Shown piece by piece: positions 34,504-43,539 of a stretch of DNA of 43,539 nt; within the stretch, counting starts at the first letter, position 1; each line of letters begins with the position of its first letter. The translations under genes were made by a program, and so were the position numbers. The DNA is taken from NCBI GenBank assembly GCA_031763465.1, contig JARFOE010000176.1, positions 7,991,003-8,034,541 on the forward strand, in the 5' to 3' direction. Source of the DNA: Squatina squatina (Eukaryota). The notes under the pieces were generated by a model. That model was not told where the DNA came from. It worked only from the letters and a program-made list of their open reading frames with translations, and made no database searches.

Positions 34504-35640
34504 GTTTGCCTTTGTCTTTTGGACAAGTTTTCTTTTTGTCGTCTGCCCGTCTGGTGTCTCTGAACATCTTGGTGTGTCTCCAGAAACACACCATTGGTGA
34601 TTTTGAAGTATAATGTTTTATTTTTCGGTCACTTTATTAATCTTTTTCGCATTAACACAATTATCAAATCAGTTGCGTTTAATAAGGTCTGTAATTGCTA
34701 TTTTTCCGTTCGGAATTAAAAAGTGCCTTTTTTTTTAAAAGGACTTTAATTTCAGTTATCAACATAAAACCCCAGCTATCACAAATTTAAGTTTAAAATT
34801 AAATAGCTTAAAGAGGTAAGGCAAAATCTTTCAAGTGCTGTAATGTTTTCATACAACTGAATTAGATGCCATGTTTTAGCGTCTTTGGTGAATATTGACA
34901 TTTGTATTTTCAACTATTCGAACAAAATATGTCGTCTTGAAAACTGAAATCCTAGACCTGTCTTACCCAAGATTAAAATTTTTGCGTATACTGTTCTTTG
35001 ACAGTATATTGTTTTCAAATAATATGAAACTTTAGGTATTAAAGCACCTACTTATTTGATCCATGTGCGTCAGCCTGCACAATTTATTTTACCATTGGTA
35101 GGTATTTCCCTTTCTTTGTTTTTAGCACAATTAATGCATCAGGAAGAAACAAAACCGCTTTGCCAAGTTAGTGCACTGTTGTCTGCAGTGGATAGGCAGC
35201 TANNNNNNNNNNNNNNNNNNNNNNNNNNNNNNNNNNNNNNNNNNNNNNNNNNNNNNNNNNNNNNNNNNNNNNNNNNNNNNNNNNNNNNNNNNNNNNNNNN
35301 NNAATGGTAATTTCCAAAGTACTTGATGAAAGTCCCAAGGCTCCTGGTATATCTAAGTTTGAATCACATTAATTTATGCTGAGCTGCTAGCTTGGGTAGC
35401 TGGCAATAGTTCCATGTTCAGATAATGGTGATGCTGTTGGCCACTTCACACATGCATCCTCCTGTATTTGTATATTGCAAACTTTGAAGTATACTACTGT
35501 GGTACTCTGGATGCTGCTATAAAATAGAAACTTTTATACTTTGTATAAAAACCTTAGTGTTTGTTATTGCACCTTAATTGAAGCATTATTAGATTGTTCA
35601 ATGTCTTTTTCTTTCTGTCCCCAACTCCCCTTCTTCTTAG

Positions 35641-35810
35641 GAACAGGTTCAGGTTCCTGTTTATCATCCTACTCCAAGTCAAACCCGGCTAGCCACTCAA
35701 CTTACCGAAGAGGAACAAATCAGAATAGCGCAAAGAATAGGCCTCATTCAGCATCTGCCCAAAGGTGTCTATGACCCCGGAAGAGATGGATCGGAAAAGA
35801 AAATTAGAGA
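35641..35810 (+). CDS. RNF11: RING finger protein 11, exon 2
   Basis: ttcttcttag|...|gtgagt; 170 nt; EQVQVPVYHPTPSQTRLATQLTEEEQIRIAQRIGLIQHLPKGVYDPGRDGSEKKIR(E). Confidence 0.97.
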
Positions 35811-36587
35811 GTGAGTTTTGAAGTATTTTCATAATTAAAAAATCTCTGTAAAATGGGGCCACTTGATCTCAGACCAAGCTTGCTGGGACAAGCAGGTTTT
35901 GCTCAATCGATTAGTTGGGTGCTGCAGTTGTGTACCCCATTTTTGGTATAGAACCATTTTTTAAAAGTAGCGTTCTCTGCCAAAAATTGGACCATTGCCA
36001 AACTGGACAGATCCCACCTTCCTTNNNNNNNNNNNNNNNNNNNNNNNNNNNNNNNNNNNNNNNNNNNNNNNNNNNNNNNNNNNNNNNNNNNNNNNNNNNN
36101 NNNNNNNNNNNNNNNNNNNNNNNNATCCCACCTTCCTTTCTTGTCTCTCTTGCCCTTCAAAAAAACACTGGTAGTGCACTGTCTTTGCTTAACATACCAT
36201 TACTGTGCTTCCCATTAACCTGTTTAAGCCTTGCAGTGTCAATTCTGAGTTTGCCTTTCCCTGTTGTCTCTTCCTTTTATATTCTCTCCTATATCCAGCA
36301 TTTTAACTTCCGTTTCTGATTTGTTCTAAATTTTAATGTTTGTTTTGCATATTTTTCCTGTAGCTCTACCAGCATGCTTTCCATTCAGGAGCTCAGGCCC
36401 ATTTGCAGCTATGAAATGTTAAATGTAATCTTCATGTTGAGAATTTGCTGCTATTCTAATTTGTATCCAGAATGCTCACAAAGCACCACGTGAAGGACTA
36501 TTGGACAAATTTGTACAGTATCTTTTTTTGTGTGTGCGATAAACTAGTTTGTGTGTACTGCTAAGCAATTTTTTTTTTGCCTTTCAG

Positions 36588-36759
36588 GTGTGTTATATGT
36601 ATGATGGACTTTGTTTATGGCGATCCAATTAGGTTTCTTCCATGCATGCATATTTATCACCTGGACTGTATAGATGACTGGCTGATGCGATCCTTTACAT
36701 GCCCTTCATGTATGGAACCAGTGGATGCTGCATTGCTTTCTTCATATGAGACCAACTGA
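36588..36759 (+). CDS. RNF11: RING finger protein 11, exon 3 (RING-H2 domain, stop)
   Basis: tttcag| acceptor; CVICMMDFVYGDPIRFLPCMHIYHLDCIDDWLMRSFTCPSCMEPVDAALLSSYETN*; phase matches exon 2. Confidence 0.98.
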
Positions 36760-39700
36760 GAAGGCTTTGTCTTCTGTATCTAGATACCGTGGAAAATATA
36801 AATCCTGATCTCTACCACTGAGCCAAAGAGTCAGAGATTTGGAGAACCCTGATTGTATGCGATCATNNNNNNNNNNNNNNNNNGACGATAACTCATGACT
36901 GCAGTTGTTAAAAAATTATATACGTAATACTTAAATGCTGTTATAAAAAAATTGAAGTAACCTACAAAGCCCTGACCATATGTTATGTACCTTAAACAAA
37001 GATGGGCTAATGTATTTGAATCAGTAAATAGTGGCGATTAGTTTTGTCACATGAGCACAGAAACCATGATTATAATGTGACAGGTATTTCAAAAGATTTT
37101 GTAAAACATGCTCGCATGTTAAAGAAACGGTATCCTCTCTGTCACCTTATTAATGCTGTTCATAGTTATTTTATATCCGTTGCATGGAATGCTGTTTTCC
37201 CACAAATTAGTTGTTACAAAAGTGTCCCTTGCAGCAGAACTCTCAGGAACAATGGGTGCTTACTTTTGGTATAAAAGCTGTCTGGGGAAACGCATTTTTT
37301 TGAAAGAATTTTGAGAAGTTCTTAAACTTTACATCTGCTGTAGCTTAATTTATGTATGCATATGTACATACAATCACGTGTGTGTGTGCATGTGAGTGAG
37401 TGCCTGGCTGTAGATTTTTATGTGAATAGTTAGCGTTTCTAGTGCCTCTTTAGCCAGAAGAGCCTCTACAAAGATTGGCATGTTAGGTCTTTAGTTTCCT
37501 TGATAAAATGTAATATTGCTGCTGTATTCTTTAATCATTTTAAGTGTTCAGCTACCCCCAAAGTTTATCATTTGCTGGGATGTGAGAAGAAATATAGATC
37601 TAAATTCTGAAATCTAGTCTTTTGGCCTACATTAAGGATACTGTTTCTGTAATGCAGTATGTTATGTTTAGTATTTTGTGTCTTGGTTTGTTCCAACAAT
37701 GATTTGATGAGATACTAACATTTTGGTCAAGGCTTTGTTTATAGGAAAACTCTAGGTGCCAGTATAACACAATTTGTGCAGAAGATTAAAATGTTTGTTT
37801 ACTACTTTTTTGAAGGATCATTTGGCTTCAGTTCAAATATGTTTTAGTACTAAATGCATGTTGAAGGCAGACTTTGTAATACAGTAAGTAATATCTTCCA
37901 CAGTCTTCCAAGCAATGTCGGTGTTGAATAAGAGACTTTAAATGCCAATGCTGAGCCTGTGGACCACTGTCCTGAAAGAAAAATGACTTTCACTGCTAAA
38001 ACCTGAAGTGTACACACTGCATATGAGTAGTGAACAAATAGAATTANNNNNNNNNNNNNNNNNNNNNNNNNNNNNNNNNNNNNNNNNNNNNNNNNNNNNN
38101 NNNNNNNNNNNNNNNNNNNNNNNNNNNNNNNNNATCAAAATTCCAATTACACAATACTTTGACGACGACAATTTTTCTTTCTACATGTTAAGATAAAATG
38201 GCAGTATATGCAAAACAGTGTTTACTTATGTTGGTCAGCTTGTAGTCAACCTGTACCAACTCAACTGAAGTCATGGCGGAATTCAAATTTATCTAATCTG
38301 GCTGGCACTAGTTGCAAGGAGAGAATAGTGAAGGTTTAGAATGTTAGTGAATGAATGTTAAATCAATCAGAAACTCCAATTGAATCTACTATTGAAAAAC
38401 AAAAAGTGCAGTGGATTGGTTGAAGGGGCATTCTCCATGGAAAAAGTACTTGCCAAGCACATTGAGGACAGATGACACCTGTGACTCCTCTTCATCACAA
38501 TGGTCTGTGCAAGTGATGTGATACAGCATTTTAATGCAATTTGTCATTGTATCTTTTTATAAAGTTTGCAGATACTTTTCCATGAAAACCGTACCTCTTT
38601 TAAAAATGCTATATGGAAAAAAAAATATCAAGTTGTAAAATGAAGAAATTGGACCTGGAGTTTTCCTTTCATTTAAAAAAAAAATCTAACACTGGCACAA
38701 AGAAGTAGGAATTTAAAGCTTTTTTGCACAGTTCTTTTCCATTACAAATGGAACTCATGGCCTTAGGTCTTTTGAAAGGGTGTCTTATGAGTCAGACTAG
38801 CATAGTGCTCAAAAAATTGCTTTGGGATACACCTGATCATTATAAAGAATGATTAAAGAAACTGTATTTGAGAATCAAACCGTTCCAATGGTGTGCAGAT
38901 GTTCTAGTAAAGGCAGAGATACATGTTACAAAATCTTTTCATCCACATTTTGCATTCAAGATTCTGGATTTTTTGGGTACTACTAGCTGACTGGCAGGTC
39001 TTCCAAACTAATGGAAACTGTGCTCAGATAAATTAGTGCGAGGAGAAAATTGTTTGCTCAAAATGGCTTAAAGGCTCTAGCTTTAATGGTCTGGCATAGT
39101 TTGCAAAATAAACGAAAGATTTAAATTCAAACATTTCCCATGTAACGTGAGGGACAAATGTTGCAATAGCTGCTGCTGTATGGCGAAGAGCTGTTGGTCT
39201 TTAATCAGTGAAAAGGAAGACCTGTATTTGTGCAATATTTTCAATGGAGAAACCATAGTATTTACAGCTGTTTCTTTTATGACCATTCCACACAGATTTT
39301 GCTAACACACTTTTCTTTCACTATAATTATGTTTAAATTTCAAACTTTATTAGTGTGCACGTTGTGAGGTGCACGATTATGTGGGAGTAATCAAGAGTGT
39401 TGTGTGTGAAACTGACAGAACTTTTGAGTGTTCCATTTTATTTATAAGTGGCATATGACACACAAATTAATGCAGCAATGGTGAGTTGAATAGCCTTTTA
39501 GTGGTGATATGTTTCTAGGCACTTTGTGTTGACACGGATTTGTTTTGATACTATTTTAAAAGACTCAACGCTCTAAGCTTGTAAGAATTGGCCTGCCCCC
39601 TTGAATGGCTCGGCGGCAGCATGGTTTTTAAATAAAGCAACTTTCTTTTTCCTTTACACTAATGTACTTCCATGTCGTTCTACTGGAAGACAATTAATTG

Positions 39701-41055
39701 GGTGTGGACTTCACTTTGATCTCAAAACACCAAACAGATGATTCATTCATAAGCAACAGAATCATAGTGTTTCCCCACCCCAAAAAGCATTTTTATATTT
39801 AACATTCCTGCCACCTCAGTTAAAATCTTCCACGCTGAACTGAAGATGCATGTTTTTACAGCTCAACCTGAGAATCGATAGCTCTAAGAAGGGATCAGGT
39901 TCAAGTGTTGAGCTGCCATGAAACTATGTTCGACTGCCTTTCTTCCCCTGCCCCCAGCCAAATGACCATTAGTATTTCAAACTAGTTTCTTNNNNNNNNN
40001 NNNNNNNNNNNNNNNNNNNNNNNNNNNNNNNNNNNNNNNNNNNNNNNNNNNNNNNNNNNNNNNNNNNNNNNNNNNNNNNNNNNNNNNNNNNNNNNNNNNN
40101 NNNNNNNNNNNNNNNNNNNNNNNNNNNNNNNNNNNNNNNNNNNNNNNNNNNNNNNNNNNNNNNNNNNNNNNNNNNNNNNNNNNNNNNNNNNNNNNNNNNN
40201 NNNNNNNNNNNNNNNNNNNNNNNNNNNNNNNNNNNNNNNNNNNNNNNNNNNNNNNNNNNNNNNNNNNNNNNNNNNNNNNNNNNNNNNNNNNNNNNNNNNN
40301 NNNNNNNNNNNNNNNNNNNNNNNNNNNNNNNNNNNNNNNNNNNNNNNNNNNNNNNNNNNNNNNNNNNNNNNNNNNNNNNNNNNNNNNNNNNNNNNNNNNN
40401 NNNNNNNNNNNNNNNNNNNNNNNNNNNNNNNNNNNNNNNNNNNNNNNNNNNNNNNNNNNNNNNNNNNNNNNNNNNNNNNNNNNNNNNNNNNNNNNNNNNN
40501 NNNNNNNNNNNNNNNNNNNNNNNNNNNNNNNNNNNNNNNNNNNNNNNNNNNNNNNNNNNNNNNNNNNNNNNNNNNNNNNNNNNNNNNNNNNNNNNNNCCA
40601 ACCTGCTGAAAAATAGAAGGTTGTAATAATGTTCTTTACAAGTTGTAAACCAATGTTAAATTTGTTCTGGTTTTATTTATTGGTAATCAACTTGTCTTAA
40701 TAAATATTATGCTTTTTCATTGTTTAGGTTCTTCTGGACATTTTGAAATGTTGATTTAAGTTACAGAAATGTTTTGTGTGATTTAAACATCTTCAGTTGT
40801 GTACCTAGTTTTTTTTTAAAGTAAAGAACCTTACAGTACTATCATTCTGGTGACAAGAGTATTGATAAAATACTGCACAATACATTCCACTTGCAGCAGT
40901 GGCTGCCACCACTGCATTGTAGAGGAGGGGAAAGCATACTTTCACTTCAGTTAGCTTAACTTTTAGTGTCTAATCGTGGATTAGTGATTCAAATCATATA
41001 TTTATATTTATTAAAAGCATTGCACATTCCAATAAACAGAGATTCGTGTATAATT
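36760..41055 (+). other. RNF11: Probable long RNF11 3' UTR with alternative poly(A) signals
   Basis: AT-rich stretch with no recognisable transposons after the stop; AATAAA at 39631-39636 and 41031-41036; miR-19 and miR-1/206 seed matches. Extent is inferred and the region contains gaps. Confidence 0.5.
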
Positions 41056-41658
41056 ATTTATGGGCTTGCTTAAGACAGCAGGTATTAAAAACTGCAATAC
41101 TAAAAAGTAATTTTGAATGGTTTTTTAANNNNNNNNNNNNNNNNNNNNNNNNNNNNNNNNNNNNNNNNNNNNNNNNNNNNNNNNNNNNNNNNNNNNNNNN
41201 NNNNNNNNNNNNNNNNNNNNNNNNNNNNTAACTAAAATCAAATTTCAAGTGGCTTACTTCAGGAGGAAAAAAAAAAGATGCTTTGCTCTACAGTAACCTC
41301 CATAATCTGGCTCAAGTGGCTTAAAAAAAAACATGATCAAATTTGCTACCTATTGGTGCACACAAACACTGCAATACTTCAATTCTGTCCTGTTGATTGT
41401 TGTAGGTTTGGTACTAGGATCCCAACAGTCTCTGAACTGCAGAAGATTCACAACAGTAATGTGAGAGAGAACAGGAGAGCTAGAGATACAAAAGGAAGAA
41501 AAGGAGGGGAAGAAGGGAGAGAATAAATTGCAGGAGGTTTACACCAGTAATGAGTCCATGTCATTTCATTCACAAAATTATTGCATCCTGTGATATTTCA
41601 TCATCACAAATAAGAACAAAGAAAAGCACTCCGAGAGCTGGCGACCTTTGTGAAACTA

Positions 41659-41880
<222 letters not shown>

Positions 41881-41909
41881 TTACAAAGCAAATAGAAGTA
41901 TATAGCGCA

Positions 41910-42027
41910 GCAGGCACATGGAGCACCATCACGTCCAAGTTTACCAACACCCTGACTTGGAAATATATCGCCGTTCCTTCCTTGCCGCTGGGTCAAAATC
42001 CTGGGACTCCCTCCCTAACAGCATTAT
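41910..42027 (+). mobile_element. CR1-clade LINE 3' region fragment
   Basis: ctgacttggaaatatatcgccgttccttc...gctgggtcaaaatcctgggactccctccctaacagca (WNSLP-type RT C-terminus). Confidence 0.6.
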
Positions 42028-42044
42028 CGGAGTACTTTACCACA

Positions 42045-42472
42045 AGGTCAGAGGTGCAGAGAGGAGGCAGAGCGGACCTGCAAGAAAAAGGGCGTGAACG
42101 GCAGCTTTAAAAAAGCGGGGAGACCAGCAGAGAGGAGGCAAAGCGGACCTGCAAGAAAAAGGCGCAAACTGCAGTTTTAAGAGCTATCCCCTCACGGAGA
42201 GTAGCGGCGGAGTTCGAGGTGACACCACGTTTCAAAAAGTGACGTGGCGCAGGGAAGGCAGCTGATTGGTAAGTAGGATCAGGTAAGTATTTTCACTAGT
42301 TTACAGTTCAGGAGAGTAAGCTAAAATAAAGACAAGGTTCTTAGATTGTGGGGAGGAGTGTTGAGAGTGAAATAAGGCCCTAGCGTAATGGTCTTTAAGT
42401 CAAATTAATTTAGAGTAATTTTAAAGGTAAGTCATGGCAGCAGAGCTCGGACCCGTGGCATGCTCCTCCTGT
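42045..42472 (+). mobile_element. CR1 LINE 5' UTR and start of ORF1
   Basis: CpG-containing leader with a tandem duplication of about 71-bp period, followed by ATG 42434 MAAELGPVACSSC (CxxC start of the ORF1 zinc finger); runs into a gap. Confidence 0.65.
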
Positions 42473-42572
42473 NNNNNNNNNNNNNNNNNNNNNNNNNNNN
42501 NNNNNNNNNNNNNNNNNNNNNNNNNNNNNNNNNNNNNNNNNNNNNNNNNNNNNNNNNNNNNNNNNNNNNNNN

Positions 42573-43438
42573 CCGACAGCACTAGCAACCCCCCCTGCCC
42601 ACCTACCCTCGCGATGATATTGGTCCAGGCTCTATTGAGGTGCAACCTGTCCAGCCTGTACAGGTCCCACCTCCCCAGGAACCGGTCCCAATGTCCCAGG
42701 AATCTAAAGTACTGCCTCCTGCACCATCTCTCCAGCCACACATTCATCTGCTCTATCCTCTTATTTCTGTACTCACTAGCTCGTGGCACCAGGAGTAATC
42801 TAGAGATTACTACCTTTGAGGTCCAGCTTTTTAATCTCTTTCCTCGCTCCCTAAAATCTGCCTGCAGGACCTCATCCCTCTTTTTACCTATGTTGTTGGT
42901 ACAGATATGGACCACGATCTCTGGCTGTTCATCCTCCCCCCTCAGAATGTTTTGCAGCCGCTCAGTGATTTCCTTGACCCTGGCACCAGGGAGGCGATGT
43001 ACCATCCTGGAGTCATGTCTGTGGCTGCAGAAATGCCTGTCTGTTCCCCTAACTATCGAATCGCCTATCACTATTGCTTTACTGATCTCCCACCCCCCCA
43101 CCTCAGCAGCAAACTGGTTGGGGAGTGAGATGCACTTGGGACTCCTGCACTACCTGCCTGGTCCTCCTTGTCTATCTGATGGTCACCCATTCCCTCTCTG
43201 CCTGCACACTCTTATGCTGCTTGGTGATCACCTCCTGAAACATTCTATCCAGGTAGCTCTCAGCCTCACAGATGCACTGCAGTGATGCCAGCTACTGCTC
43301 AAGCACAGAAACCCAGTGCTCAAGCGCCTCCAGCTGACTAGACGTCCTGCACGTGTGGTTGTCTAGGACACGGGAAGCATCCTGGAGTTCCTACATGGCA
43401 CAATATGTGCATTCCACGGGACTGAGGTGCCCTGCCAT
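42573..43438 (-). mobile_element. CR1 LINE ORF1 (zinc finger/coiled coil + SGNH esterase), degenerate
   Basis: MAGHLSPVECTYCAM*...HTCR...LEQ*LASLQCI, then AIVIGDSIVRG, LPGARV, VVHICTNN, DRLHLN (GDSL/SGNH esterase blocks typical of CR1 ORF1p); contains in-frame stops. Confidence 0.88.
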
Positions 43439-43454
43439 GCCTCTATTTAATAGC

Positions 43455-43539
43455 AACATAGAAACATGGAAAATAGGAGCGGGAGTAGGCCATTCGGCCC
43501 TTCGAGCCTGCTCCGCCATTCAATATGATCATGGCTGAC
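43455..43539 (-). mobile_element. CR1 LINE 3' tail
   Basis: aacatagaaacatggaaaataggagcgggagtaggccattcggcccttcgagcctgctccgccattcaa. Confidence 0.8.

Noticed and set aside
4482-40601. Long ORFs composed mostly of X in the ORF track
   Set aside because: Artefacts of translating N runs.
42434-43285. 283-aa plus-strand ORF
   Set aside because: Joins a CR1 ORF1 start across a gap to the antisense frame of another CR1 ORF1.

Overview
Eukaryotic, intron-rich vertebrate DNA from a fragmented draft assembly with many 10-N and 100-N placeholder gaps. The repeat families (CR1, L2, Deu-domain SINEs, Harbinger elements) point to a cartilaginous fish (shark/ray); this taxon call is inference. The window holds the conserved FAF1 (-) / CDKN2C (+) / [C1orf185 position] / RNF11 (+) synteny block. 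Visible are three FAF1 coding exons, both CDKN2C (p18INK4c) coding exons (the second cut by a gap), an unrecognised single-pass membrane-protein gene between CDKN2C and RNF11, and a complete 3-exon RNF11 with a long 3' UTR. The most unexpected items are: a 111-nt in-frame fragment encoding the C-terminal tail of a conventional protein kinase C (PKC-gamma-like) inside a FAF1 intron; the membrane protein's LAT-like CxxC-HR juxtamembrane motif, with a splice acceptor that appears to derive from a CR1 LINE tail; and a decayed PIF/Harbinger transposase about 1 kb from a TAA-flanked MITE. I found no prokaryotic-type system (CRISPR, operon, etc.). Comparisons with human proteins are from recall, not from a database search.
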